Under the pieces are notes generated by a model. It worked only from the letters and a program-made list of their open reading frames with translations, did no database searches and was not told where the DNA came from. This document shows positions 48,274 to 57,672 of a stretch of 64,000 nt of DNA, piece after piece; the stretch's first letter is position 1; the number at the start of each line of letters is the position of its first letter. A program made the translations under genes and the position numbers. Origin of the DNA: an uncultured Desulfobacteraceae bacterium (GTDB lineage: Bacteria > Desulfobacterota > DSM-4660 > Desulfatiglandales > Desulfatiglandaceae); contig CAZONI010000005.1 of NCBI GenBank assembly GCA_964581175.1, forward strand, positions 22,225 to 86,224, written 5' to 3'.

Positions 48274-49284
48274 CTAACACCACTTCTTGACCTGCTTCGC
48301 GACCAGCGCCCCTACGTCCACTCTCTCCTTCGGGGAACTCTTAAGCTCCGCGAGTGGAATCTCCGCTCTGGCAGCCCCGTGGTGTCCCCCTGCTGCTCCC
48401 CCCAGGGAGCCGAAAAGCTTCTGGGCGATTTTTCCCGCATCTCCCCTGAACCCGGCATTCCGCAGGATGACAACCAGTTTATCCTCATATTCTCCTGAGA
48501 CGATGCTCCAGGTTGTTTCGGCCATCTTCATAAAAAAATCAGCTATTAGCACCAGGATATCGGGATTTTTCACGACCCCCATATGAATAAACGCTCTATC
48601 TCGAACGAAGGCCACTCCGTCAATGGCAGCCCTGAAATGCTCCAGGTTCGGGCGCATGATTTCAGATGACTCGATCTTCTTTATGATGTTCAGGTTGGCG
48701 AAACGATAAAGGTATTGAAATGCATTGATATCATTGGGGATTGATTTTCTCACAAAATTGTCCGTATCCGTCTTTATGCCGTAGAACAGGGCTGTGGCCA
48801 GTCTTGGAGAAGGCTTGATCTTGGCGGCTTTCAGGTATTCGGTCATGATAGTAGCGGTTGCACCATAGTCTTCTTTTATGTCCACGAACGACGCTTTGGA
48901 AGATGCATCCACAGGGTGGTGGTCAAGGATGATATCAAAATGCAGGCCTGCAAACTGTTCGTGATGTTTTGGCTGGGAATCGAGCACGGCCACCTTGTTG
49001 AATTCTTTACGTCGAAAGCGAGTTATGTGTTTTTGTTCAATTCTCAAGAGTCTGATGAATGCCAGGTTATCGGCTCGTTGTATCTCGTTGATGTGAAAAA
49101 TTTCAGCATGTTGAACTTTTCGCCAGAAGAAGCGTTTCAGGGCCATCGCACTGGATATGGCATCCGGGTCAGCGTCGATCAGGATTGCCAGGCTGTCTTC
49201 AGGGTGCACCACTTCCCTGAGCCTCTTGCACTTTTCAGTGGCTGAAACAGATTTGGCGAACGGATGCTCCATAATCTCGTTCAT
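48274..49284 (-). CDS. DHH/DHHA1 phosphoesterase (NrnA-like oligoribonuclease/pAp phosphatase)
   Basis: DADPDAISSA (DHH motif I/II region), DHH-type VLDSQPKHH..., C-terminal GGAAGGHHGAA (GGGH) motif. Start set at ATG 49284. Confidence 0.8.
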   Translation of the reverse strand: MNEIMEHPFAKSVSATEKCKRLREVVHPEDSLAILIDADPDAISSAMALKRFFWRKVQHAEIFHINEIQRADNLAFIRLLRIEQKHITRFRRKEFNKVAVLDSQPKHHEQFAGLHFDIILDHHPVDASSKASFVDIKEDYGATATIMTEYLKAAKIKPSPRLATALFYGIKTDTDNFVRKSIPNDINAFQYLYRFANLNIIKKIESSEIMRPNLEHFRAAIDGVAFVRDRAFIHMGVVKNPDILVLIADFFMKMAETTWSIVSGEYEDKLVVILRNAGFRGDAGKIAQKLFGSLGGAAGGHHGAARAEIPLAELKSSPKERVDVGALVAKQVKKWC

Positions 49285-49399
49285 ACGGGTATCTCCCCCA
49301 TGAGGACGCATCACCCTTCACAAGTTCCGTCCTCAAAATATCAGAAATGCATGCGTGATCGTTACTTTATAGAAATAATGACTAAAATTCAATGGGAAA

Positions 49400-49550
49400 G
49401 AGAGGTCCCTGCTCCACCAGCAAGGTATCATCTCTCCGCGGAAACGGGATTTCGCAGGGCTCGGGCTGCGCTGCCTTTGCCCGCCCGTGCTTGCTGCGCA
49501 TTATTCCACACGCAACAGAAATTCGACGGTGGATTTGGGAGGGGTTTCTC
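49400..49550. other. candidate structured RNA / repeated intergenic element X (related to Y at 51670-51812)
   Basis: Shares TCCCT..CACCAGCAAGG.ATCA (49406-49430) and T.GACGGTGG.T..GGG (49523-49540) with Y at nearly the same spacing. Base-paired outer helices GAGAGG/TTTCTC, TCCC/GGGA, CCACC/GGTGG. Confidence 0.3.
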
Positions 49551-50343
49551 ATGACCAGGGCCATACGCGCTCCAGGAACTCAAGGCTCGGCCGCAGTTCC
49601 TCTTCCCTGTGCGGTTCCAGGGTGACAACAGGAGGGGTTTCCATCTCTTTTTTCAATGCTCTGAAAAAAGCAGGAAAATCAATGAGCCCGTGTCCCAGGG
49701 CAAGGTGGTCATCTTTTTCTCCAAAATTATCATGCAGGTGGAGCTGACCGATATAGGACCCGAGCGAGCCGACCCAGGTTTCAAGCGGTGTATTGCTGAA
49801 GGCGGATTGGTGCCCCGTGTCCAGGCAGAAAGCGACTCTTTTCTTATCCAATGATTCAAAAAGGGTCTTCAACTCACCAGGTCCTTCTTCAAACACATTT
49901 TCAAGCATCAATCGCGCACCCTCTTCATGGACCAATCGTCCAAGCCAAGTCCACATTCTGATGCTGTTTTCAAACCAGGCATCCCCGAGAAATCCATACC
50001 GTTTGGTCTCAAATCCCGCGTGACACACCACGGTTTGGGGGCGGAAAAGCGGGATGAGTTTCACGACCTGCTCGAACCTCCGACGGGTCAGGTTCCAGAA
50101 CTCCGGATCCGGCGATCCAGGAGAAAGATCAACAAACGGGGCATGGAAGGTCACTTGCAGCCCCCGATCAGCAAGTCTTTCCGCCGCCTGACGGAATTCC
50201 GGCAGAGCAAAGCGGTCCAGCGCATCGGCATCCAGGCCGATTTCGGGATTGATCCCTTGGTCCAGGAAACGCTCAAGGTAGGCATCGTGGAGCATAACGA
50301 AGGGGATATTGACCTGGACTTGTTCTCTCATCTCTTTTTTCAT
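49549..50343 (-). CDS. sugar-phosphate isomerase/epimerase (xylose isomerase-like TIM barrel)
   Basis: LMLEN..., CLDTGH, QLHLHDN motifs typical of AP_endonuc_2/TIM-barrel isomerases. Start moved to ATG 50343. Confidence 0.8.
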   Translation of the reverse strand: MKKEMREQVQVNIPFVMLHDAYLERFLDQGINPEIGLDADALDRFALPEFRQAAERLADRGLQVTFHAPFVDLSPGSPDPEFWNLTRRRFEQVVKLIPLFRPQTVVCHAGFETKRYGFLGDAWFENSIRMWTWLGRLVHEEGARLMLENVFEEGPGELKTLFESLDKKRVAFCLDTGHQSAFSNTPLETWVGSLGSYIGQLHLHDNFGEKDDHLALGHGLIDFPAFFRALKKEMETPPVVTLEPHREEELRPSLEFLERVWPWS

Positions 50344-50448
50344 ACCCAAACCTCTTATGATGACCCACCCATTGCCTGTCAGCATTGACAACACCCTCTT
50401 ATTGGGATACCTTCAATCGCATCCAGCATATCAGGGGTTCATCGGACT

Positions 50449-50790
50449 ATGAAGAAAGCTTTCGTTTCAGCACTGTGTTCCGCGCTCGTCATTCCCGGCC
50501 TGGGGCAAATTCTCAATCAGCAATTGAAAAAGGGAATTATTATGCTCGGGGCCGTACTCGTCCTGTTTGGAGTGGGGGTGGTGGCAATGTACCGAATAAT
50601 GAAAGCCGCTTTCCTCGAAACTCCCCCTGCCAATGCAAATCCTGAGTCGATTATGCGAAACCTCGGCTCTCAGGACTATTTAGCTCTCTGGATTATCTTT
50701 GGGCTCTTCGCGCTTGTATGGATAATTTCCGTCCTGGACGCGTTCTTGGCAGGAAGGAAGATGGACCGTCTTCAAAAAGAGGGCCAATAA
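50449..50790 (+). CDS. small membrane protein (three predicted TM segments, PGLGQ motif)
   Basis: 113 aa. Hydrophobic stretches at the N-terminus, middle and C-terminal half. Stop overlaps the next ATG (TAATG). Confidence 0.55.
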   Translation: MKKAFVSALCSALVIPGLGQILNQQLKKGIIMLGAVLVLFGVGVVAMYRIMKAAFLETPPANANPESIMRNLGSQDYLALWIIFGLFALVWIISVLDAFLAGRKMDRLQKEGQ

Positions 50791-51122
50791 TGCGGGCATA
50801 CCTTATCGACGAAATAAGCACTTCCGACATGGTGAAAATCAACGGATACCTTCGCGACACCGCCATTTCCTCCAGCCTGCAAAAGGTCTATTGGGTACAG
50901 ATACCCGAGGATCTGCTCAATGAAGCCCAGATTGCCCACAAACACTGCCAACCCTATGTTTTTGCGGTAGAACTGGGCAGCGGGTGGATCAAGCTGGAGT
51001 TCTTTTCACGCAGCCGGAAAGGCATGAATTGCAGTTGCCAGACCTATTCCTCCCCATCCCAATTGGAGTATATTACCAGCTTCGCTCATGCGATGCTGGA
51101 AAACCTGGGAATCGAGACGTGA
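50790..51122 (+). CDS. hypothetical cytosolic protein (110 aa)
   Basis: ATG at 50790 overlaps the upstream stop. No motif recognised. Confidence 0.5.
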   Translation: MRAYLIDEISTSDMVKINGYLRDTAISSSLQKVYWVQIPEDLLNEAQIAHKHCQPYVFAVELGSGWIKLEFFSRSRKGMNCSCQTYSSPSQLEYITSFAHAMLENLGIET

Positions 51123-51134
51123 CCGGACTACTCC

Positions 51135-51536
51135 TCATTTCCCGAAGAGTTCCTTTCGAATCTGTTCCGCGATGATCTTGGACGCCTCCTGATCTCCAAG
51201 GGTACCGACCCTTATTCCCACCTCTGTCTCCTTCGCGGACTTGTATTTGAGCGAGACGACAATCCGCGCGCCATCAGCTCGCTTCGCGACGATCTTTCCC
51301 TCCGTAAGATCATGCTTTGCGCTCTGTACCACCAATTGCAAGTCCACTGCTGTCTGATTGGCCGCGTGCCACGTATCAATGTAAGGTGCTTTGTAGGTGA
51401 CATTGAATACGCCTTCGTAGTATTTGTACCCAGCCACCCCTGCAGCGCCTCCCGCGCCAAAAAAAACCAGTGGAGCGGCACACCCGGCCACCAACATGCA
51501 ACACGCCAACAACGCGATCATCCTTTTCCCTTGCAT
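51135..51536 (-). CDS. DUF3568-like lipoprotein
   Basis: Lipobox LVAGCAA, glycine-rich linker, about 110-aa mature domain. Family name from memory. Confidence 0.65.
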   Translation of the reverse strand: MQGKRMIALLACCMLVAGCAAPLVFFGAGGAAGVAGYKYYEGVFNVTYKAPYIDTWHAANQTAVDLQLVVQSAKHDLTEGKIVAKRADGARIVVSLKYKSAKETEVGIRVGTLGDQEASKIIAEQIRKELFGK

Positions 51537-51669
51537 TTCATCTCTCCCTGATTTAATAAGATCATATTTTTATCCCTCTATTAATGCCTTATTGAAATGG
51601 TGTCAACCACATATTTCTTTTCCAAATTCACCATCTAATTTTCGCATTATGATTTCATCGGATGATTTG

Positions 51670-51812
51670 GTGGAATCCCTCGTCACCAGCAAGGCATCAG
51701 ATGCAAGGCGCCAAGGAGCGACGACTGAGTCGTATAAACAATACGACGCAAGGAGGAGCGAGCGAAGGCAACGCCGCAGATGATGCCTTGACGGTGGTTC
51801 AGGGTCTTCCAC
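51670..51812. other. candidate structured RNA / repeated intergenic element Y (long imperfect hairpin)
   Basis: Paired arms include a perfect 10-bp CAAGGCATCA/TGATGCCTTG helix. Apical 7-bp hairpin. Purine-rich internal bubble with five AAGG boxes. Strand undetermined. Confidence 0.35.
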
Positions 51813-51911
51813 AACAAACGTGTCGGATATCGGTTCTTTCGGGCGGCAGGGAAAGGAACGTCCTGTCTGCTTCAGTCATCTGAAGAAACAGAGGATTTCC
51901 ATATTATGAAT

Positions 51912-51940
51912 TTGACTTCATAATGCCTGTTTGCTATCCT
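51912..51940 (+). promoter_or_regulatory. candidate promoter of ileS-lspA-lgt
   Basis: TTGACT (51912-51917), 17-nt spacer, TATCCT (51935-51940). Would give a leader of about 185 nt. Confidence 0.25.
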
Positions 51941-52130
51941 TCATCGTTACGTTACGCTTTCCACAACACGTTACCCTTTTCCAAAACGCTCACTTTTCAT
52001 ATGGGGACACCCGTTTCTTCTTCGAATGACGGCCCGGAAGATTCGGAACAACAATGGGAACAACTCCATCCGCCATGGACGTAAAGAGAGCAACACTGTA
52101 ACCGATTTGGCTGGCAGGAGGCACAGGTAC

Positions 52131-54938
52131 ATGGATTATAAACAGACGCTCAATTTGCCCAAAACGGCGTTCCCGATGAAAGCGAACCTCGTGAAAAAGG
52201 AACCCGAGATTCTCAAAAAATGGGAAGAAGAGCACATCTACGAACACATTCGAGAGATGTCCCACGGCAGAAAGCCATATATGCTGCATGACGGCCCGCC
52301 TTATGCGAACGGTCACATCCATATGGGGACCGCCTTTAACAAGATACTGAAAGACATTATCATAAAATCCAAGCAGATGGCCGGTTTTAATGCGCCGTAC
52401 GTACCGGGATGGGACTGTCACGGCCTCCCCATTGAGCATCAGGTGGACCAGGAACTCGGCCCGAAAAAGGCCGATATGTCCCAGCCCCAAATTCGGAGCT
52501 ATTGTCGCAGGTATGCGGAAAAGTACCTGGATATACAACGGGAAGAATTTAAACGGCTCGGTGTTCTCGGAGAGTGGGGAAATCCGTACCTTACCATGAA
52601 TTATCCGTACGAGGCCACCATCGTGAGGGAGTTTGGAAAATTCGCCCTCAATGGAAGCCTCGTCAGGAGCAAAAAACCCATTTACTGGTGCATCTCCTGT
52701 CAGACTGCCTTGGCCGAGGCGGAGGTCGAGTATGAAAATCACACTTCACCGTCCATATTTGTCAAGTTTCCGCTCACCTCCGAACCGGAAAAAATCTCCG
52801 AGAACCTGCGGGGAGAAAAGGTATCGGTTGTCATATGGACGACAACGCCATGGACGCTGCCGGCTAACCTGGCCATCGCCGTTCACCCTGACTTTCAGTA
52901 CGTCGCTGCAAAGACAGAAGAGGAAGGCGTCCTCATACTTGCCGAGGAGTTGCTGGACATCTGCATGGATTCCTTCGGCATTTCCTCCTATGAGGTAATC
53001 GCTCGATTTGACGGGAAGACACTGGAAAATCTTGAAGCGCGACACCCACTGTATGACAGACCGTCGATCATAGTTCTGGCTGACTATGTGACCCTGGACG
53101 CAGGAACGGGATGTGTACATACGGCGCCGGGACACGGCCGCGAAGACTACGAAACCGGGCTCAAGTATGGTCTTGAGGTATACTCTCCTGTGGATGATCA
53201 GGGTCGCTTCACCCCGGATGTGGAGTATTTTGCCGGACTCCAGGTCTTTGAAGCCAACCAGGCGGTCAATGAAAAGCTGCGGAAAAAAGGCGCTCTCCTC
53301 CGTGAACAGGATATCTCTCACGAGTATCCCCACTGCTGGCGCTGTAAGAAACCCGTCATCTTCCGCTCAACAGAGCAGTGGTTTATCTCCATGGAAAAAA
53401 CCGGCCTCAGGAGGAAGGCGCTGGAAGCCATCAAGAAAGTCAAATGGATACCTTCCTGGGGTCAGGAGCGTATTTACCAGATGGTTGCCAACAGGCCCGA
53501 CTGGTGCATCTCCCGACAGCGGGCATGGGGTGTTCCCATCACGGTATTCTTCTGCAAGCAATGCGGTAACCTGCTCATCTCCCAGGAGATAATCGATCAC
53601 GTGAGTGCCCTGGTGGAAAAATACGGAGCGGACATATGGTTTACCGAGTCTGTTGAAAATCTCCTGCCCCCGGGAACGGGGTGCCCTGAATGTGGCTCCC
53701 GGGATTTTGAAAAGGAGACGGATATCCTGGACGTGTGGTTCGATTCCGGTGTGAGCTACGCGGCAGTAATGGAACAGCGTGAGTACCTGAACAGTCCTGC
53801 GGACCTCTATCTGGAGGGGAGCGACCAGCATCGGGGTTGGTTTCACAGTTCACTTCTCTGCTCTGTGGGGACAAGGAATCAGGCTCCCTATCATCACGTG
53901 CTTACCCATGGATTCGTTGTAGACGGTTCCGGAAAGGCGATGCATAAATCAGCCGGCAACGTGATTGCACCGGAGGAGCTCATAAGCAACTATGGCGCCG
54001 AAATTCTCCGGCTCTGGGTTGCGGGTGAGGATTACCGGGATAATATCCGTCTCTCCAAGGAAATCCTTCAGAGACTCACTGAGGCTTATCGCCGGATTCG
54101 GAACACCTGCCGGTATCTCCTGGGAAACCTGAACGGATTTGACCCGCAAAAAGACATGGTCCCTTATGACGAACTTGAAGAGTTGGACCGGTGGGCATTA
54201 AACAGGCTCCAGGAGCTGAATGAACGGGTCCTCAAGGCCTATGAAAAATTTGAATTTCATCTTGTCTACCACAACCTGCATAATTTCTGTGTTCTCGACC
54301 TTTCTTCCTTTTACCTCGACATCATCAAGGACCGCCTGTATACCTCTCCGCCGGATTCAGTGGCCAGGAGATCGGCAAGGACCACCATGCATGAGATTCT
54401 TGAGGTCATTGTACGGCTTATGGCCCCCGTCCTCTCTTTTAGTGCTGAAGAAATATGGCAGTACATGCATGGAGACGATAGAACTCGAAGCGTTCACTCC
54501 GAATGCTTCGTCCCGGTGAAAGACGAATTTCTGGACCCGGGACTTGCAAAAAAGTGGGAGACCATTATTGCGGTAAGGAAGGAGACCGCAAGGGTACTCG
54601 AACTGGCGAGAAAAGAAAAGAAAATCGGGCATTCCCTGGACGCCTCCGTAACCCTGACTCTCCCATCAAACCTCCTCCACGAACTGGAACCTTACAAGGA
54701 TCAGCTGAGATCGATATTCATTGTCTCTTCTGTGGATCTCCTGGAGGAAGGGGAATCGGCGAACGGTATCGAGAGCGAGACGACTCCGGGGCTGAAGATC
54801 AGCGTCAGTCCTTCAGATGCCCCAAAGTGTGAACGATGCTGGGTCCATGATCCTTCGGTGGGTGAAAATGTACAATACCCGACCATTTGTGACCGTTGTC
54901 TCGGGGCCCTGGCGGAAATGGAGCTCGTTGACCGTTGA
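52131..54938 (+). CDS. ileS: isoleucine--tRNA ligase
   Basis: [12 protein letters not shown] (HIGH), KMHKSAGN (KMSKS-like), C-terminal zinc-ribbon cysteines. Start moved to ATG 52131 ([12 protein letters not shown]). Confidence 0.97.
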   Translation: MDYKQTLNLPKTAFPMKANLVKKEPEILKKWEEEHIYEHIREMSHGRKPYMLHDGPPYANGHIHMGTAFNKILKDIIIKSKQMAGFNAPYVPGWDCHGLPIEHQVDQELGPKKADMSQPQIRSYCRRYAEKYLDIQREEFKRLGVLGEWGNPYLTMNYPYEATIVREFGKFALNGSLVRSKKPIYWCISCQTALAEAEVEYENHTSPSIFVKFPLTSEPEKISENLRGEKVSVVIWTTTPWTLPANLAIAVHPDFQYVAAKTEEEGVLILAEELLDICMDSFGISSYEVIARFDGKTLENLEARHPLYDRPSIIVLADYVTLDAGTGCVHTAPGHGREDYETGLKYGLEVYSPVDDQGRFTPDVEYFAGLQVFEANQAVNEKLRKKGALLREQDISHEYPHCWRCKKPVIFRSTEQWFISMEKTGLRRKALEAIKKVKWIPSWGQERIYQMVANRPDWCISRQRAWGVPITVFFCKQCGNLLISQEIIDHVSALVEKYGADIWFTESVENLLPPGTGCPECGSRDFEKETDILDVWFDSGVSYAAVMEQREYLNSPADLYLEGSDQHRGWFHSSLLCSVGTRNQAPYHHVLTHGFVVDGSGKAMHKSAGNVIAPEELISNYGAEILRLWVAGEDYRDNIRLSKEILQRLTEAYRRIRNTCRYLLGNLNGFDPQKDMVPYDELEELDRWALNRLQELNERVLKAYEKFEFHLVYHNLHNFCVLDLSSFYLDIIKDRLYTSPPDSVARRSARTTMHEILEVIVRLMAPVLSFSAEEIWQYMHGDDRTRSVHSECFVPVKDEFLDPGLAKKWETIIAVRKETARVLELARKEKKIGHSLDASVTLTLPSNLLHELEPYKDQLRSIFIVSSVDLLEEGESANGIESETTPGLKISVSPSDAPKCERCWVHDPSVGENVQYPTICDRCLGALAEMELVDR

Positions 54939-55420
54939 AAAGAAAGGATCACTTTTTTATCTGGCCCGCGGCGGCAGTCTTGTTCCTGGATCAGCTTTCA
55001 AAGTTGATTGTCCTGGCCTTTTTTGAACAGCATAATTTTTTGCGCGTTGTGCCTGGGTTTTTCAACATTGTCCTTGTCAGGAACAGGGGAATGGCCTTTG
55101 GGATCATGAATCGTCACCAGGGGCACTTCGGCTCCTATTTTTTGATCCTGGCGACAATTGCCGCCATCGTCATATTGATCTATTGGGCCCGCCGTCAACG
55201 CGAGGATAGGAGGAAAATCCTTTTCGGGCTCGGCTTAATTCTGGGAGGAGCCATCGGGAACCTTGCTGATCGGGCCCGCTTAGGATCGGTCGTCGATTTT
55301 CTCGATTTTTACCTGGGCCGCTACCACTGGCCGGCATTCAATCTGGCTGACTCTGCCATTACCATCGGAGCCATTTGGGTTGCCATTCAGCTGCTCCGCT
55401 CAGGAACTCATCAAGGTTGA
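54935..55420 (+). CDS. lspA: lipoprotein signal peptidase II
   Basis: NRGMAFG and VVDFLDF...WPAFNLAD motifs. Overlaps the ileS stop. Confidence 0.9.
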   Translation: MKRKDHFFIWPAAAVLFLDQLSKLIVLAFFEQHNFLRVVPGFFNIVLVRNRGMAFGIMNRHQGHFGSYFLILATIAAIVILIYWARRQREDRRKILFGLGLILGGAIGNLADRARLGSVVDFLDFYLGRYHWPAFNLADSAITIGAIWVAIQLLRSGTHQG

Positions 55421-55427
55421 AATTCTT

Positions 55428-56204
55428 ATGTATCCTGAACTCTTTTCTATCGGCCCCCTCACCCTCCACTCCTATGGCCTGTTCCTGGGCCTTGGTTTTC
55501 TGGCGGCCCTTCTGATTGCCATGCGTACAGGGCGTTCTTATGCCCTGGCGCCTCAGCAGGTCCTGGATATGGGGTTCATCATACTGATCTCCGCCCTCGT
55601 GGGGTCAAGGCTCCTGTACGTTCTCATGAATTTCACTTTCTACGTTCAGCATCCGCTGGGATTCCTTGAAATCTGGCACGGGGGTCTGGTGTTCTCAGGA
55701 GGAGCTCTCTGCGCAATCGCATCCCTGATCTGGTACGCCAGGCGCCATTCATTGTCCGTTCTTGACCTCGGCGACCTCTGGGCTCCTGCTGCAGCCATAG
55801 GACAGGGCTTCGGAAGGATCGGCTGTTTTATGGCAGGATGCTGTTATGGGAAACCTGCCGACGTCCCTTGGGCCGTGGTGTTCACGAACCCCAAAAGCCT
55901 GGCTCCCCTCAATGTTCCCATACATCCCACGCAACTCTATCATTCCGTCAGCGGATTTTTCCTGTTCGGCATCCTGATGTTTATTCACAGAAAAAAATCG
56001 TACTCGGGACAGGTGATCTTATGGTACCTGCTGCTGCACAGTTTCAGCAGGCTTTTCATCGAGCGTTTCAGGGGGGACGACCGGGGAATCTTTTTCCATA
56101 CGAACATGACAGTAACGCAATTCATGGCGGTTCTTATTCTGGCAGGCTCGTTTACGGCACTTGCGATCCTGAAGACAAGAAAACGGGCGCCCGGTGAAGA
56201 CTGA
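55428..56204 (+). CDS. lgt: prolipoprotein diacylglyceryl transferase
   Basis: GPLTLHSYGLF..., GRIGCFMAGCCYGKP motif. Start moved to ATG 55428. Confidence 0.92.
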   Translation: MYPELFSIGPLTLHSYGLFLGLGFLAALLIAMRTGRSYALAPQQVLDMGFIILISALVGSRLLYVLMNFTFYVQHPLGFLEIWHGGLVFSGGALCAIASLIWYARRHSLSVLDLGDLWAPAAAIGQGFGRIGCFMAGCCYGKPADVPWAVVFTNPKSLAPLNVPIHPTQLYHSVSGFFLFGILMFIHRKKSYSGQVILWYLLLHSFSRLFIERFRGDDRGIFFHTNMTVTQFMAVLILAGSFTALAILKTRKRAPGED

Positions 56205-56301
56205 ATAAAAGACACCAAATGGGTGAAGTGAGGAAAGAGGGACTTGACACCGCCGATTCTGTGAAATCGATTGCCGGCAATGATAACTGGATCGAGAGAG
56301 A

Positions 56302-57024
56302 ATGGGCTCAGAAAAGTCGGAAAAGGATGTCTTCCTGGACCGGGATTCCGGTACGCGAATAGCTTGCCCGCTGAACGAACAGGGTTGCCCGGTACAAAAG
56401 GAGGTGGATCGCCTCAGGTCTGAGTGCAAGCGCCTGCAAGACCTTTCTCGTACCGATCCCCTTACCGGGTTCTTCAATTTTCGCCATCTCCACGCCGCTC
56501 TCTCCGCCGAAATGGAGCGTACCAGGCGGTCCGGGCTTCCAACCGGCCTTCTCATGATTGATCTGGACCATTTCAAGCGCGTAAATGATACCTATGGGCA
56601 TGAGGCGGGGAACAGAGCGCTCATATGGGTGACCAAGGTCATGCTTGAACGAATCCGGCGCATCGATATCCCGTGCAGGTTCGGCGGAGAAGAATTTGCC
56701 ATAATCCTTCCGGTCACCCAGCTCCCTCAAGCCATACAGGCTGCTGAACGTCTCCGGAGAGCTCTGGAAATGAGTCCCGCAATACTTGAAGAGGCACGGT
56801 CGCTGGTTCCGGTCACTGCCAGTTTCGGCGTCGATGTCTACAGAGGGAGAATCAGGCTAACGACGGACGCGTTTATCGAGCGTACCGATCGATTCCTCCT
56901 GGAAGCGAAGGCCACGGGAAGAAATCGCGTTTGTTATGACGGAAAAAAGGCCCACAGGGTGCTCACGGAAGTTACCGACGAGGAAAGGAGAGCCCTCTTC
57001 GGAAAAGCTCCTCTCGAGAAATGA
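56302..57024 (+). CDS. diguanylate cyclase (GGDEF domain, GGEEF active site)
   Basis: DPLTGFFNFRH, DLDHFKRVNDTYGH, RFGGEEFAIILP. Short Cys-containing/coiled-coil N-terminus. Confidence 0.85.
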   Translation: MGSEKSEKDVFLDRDSGTRIACPLNEQGCPVQKEVDRLRSECKRLQDLSRTDPLTGFFNFRHLHAALSAEMERTRRSGLPTGLLMIDLDHFKRVNDTYGHEAGNRALIWVTKVMLERIRRIDIPCRFGGEEFAIILPVTQLPQAIQAAERLRRALEMSPAILEEARSLVPVTASFGVDVYRGRIRLTTDAFIERTDRFLLEAKATGRNRVCYDGKKAHRVLTEVTDEERRALFGKAPLEK

Positions 57025-57111
57025 AGCTCGCCGCAGTCGCACCTCGGAGGCAGAATCCTGGGAAATACTTCTGAGTAATCTTTTTTGGCTTGAACCAGGG
57101 AAACTCTGACT

Positions 57112-57645
57112 ATGGAAACAAAGATACTGAAACAAACTCAGTTGCATCAGGGCCGGGTTTTTACACTCATCAGGGAAAAAATCACCCTGCCCAACGGGAC
57201 GACAGTTGATCTGGATATTATCCGCCATCCCGGCGCCGCAGCAATGGTCCCGCTGAACGAGGACGGATCACTGGTCATGGTACGGCAATATCGCCATGCA
57301 ATCGGCGAGTACATCTGGGAAATACCGGCGGGGACACTGAATCCCGATGAATCTCCTCTGGAATGCGCGAAGAGGGAGCTCATTGAGGAAACGGGCTATT
57401 CTGCAACTGAGTGGGAAGAACTGGGAGCAATAGTCCCGGTGCCGGGATATTCAGACGAAAAAATTCATATCTTTCTCGCCCAGGGGCTGCGCCCCGCCCG
57501 CCAGGATCTGGATCCGGATGAGATCCTCCGTGTTCGTGAAATTCCCCTGGAAGAGGCGTTCCACATGGCTGAAAGGGGAGAAATCAAAGACAGCAAAACC
57601 ATTTCGTCGCTGTTTCTCCTCAGAAGCCGACTGGAAAAGAGGTAA
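57112..57645 (+). CDS. NUDIX hydrolase (ADP-ribose pyrophosphatase type)
   Basis: Nudix box GTLNPDESPLECAKRELIEETGY. Confidence 0.85.
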   Translation: METKILKQTQLHQGRVFTLIREKITLPNGTTVDLDIIRHPGAAAMVPLNEDGSLVMVRQYRHAIGEYIWEIPAGTLNPDESPLECAKRELIEETGYSATEWEELGAIVPVPGYSDEKIHIFLAQGLRPARQDLDPDEILRVREIPLEEAFHMAERGEIKDSKTISSLFLLRSRLEKR

Positions 57646-57672
57646 GTCCAACACCTATGCCGGAGGCACTCG

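Noticed and set aside
49315-49548. M-box (Mg2+ riboswitch) in the gap upstream of the DHH-mgtE genes.
   Set aside because: None of the M-box blocks I remember is present. In addition, mgtE is the second gene, separated from this gap by the DHH gene.
51670-51812. Element Y as SRP (4.5S) RNA. GCAGATGA and GAAGGCA resemble parts of the E. coli 4.5S sequence.
   Set aside because: The apex lacks the GNRA-capped helix 8 with its symmetric and asymmetric loops. The interior is about 70 nt with a different hairpin. The overall architecture does not fit.
51670-52130. T-box leader upstream of ileS. GGTGGT at 51793-98 and the CGTTAC 'F-box-like' repeats caught my eye.
   Set aside because: There is no AGGGTGGTACCGCG-type T-box sequence. 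There is no antiterminator/terminator pair before the ATG. The F-box-like repeats lie downstream of the GGTGG, which is the wrong order. The related element X is not upstream of any plus-strand gene.
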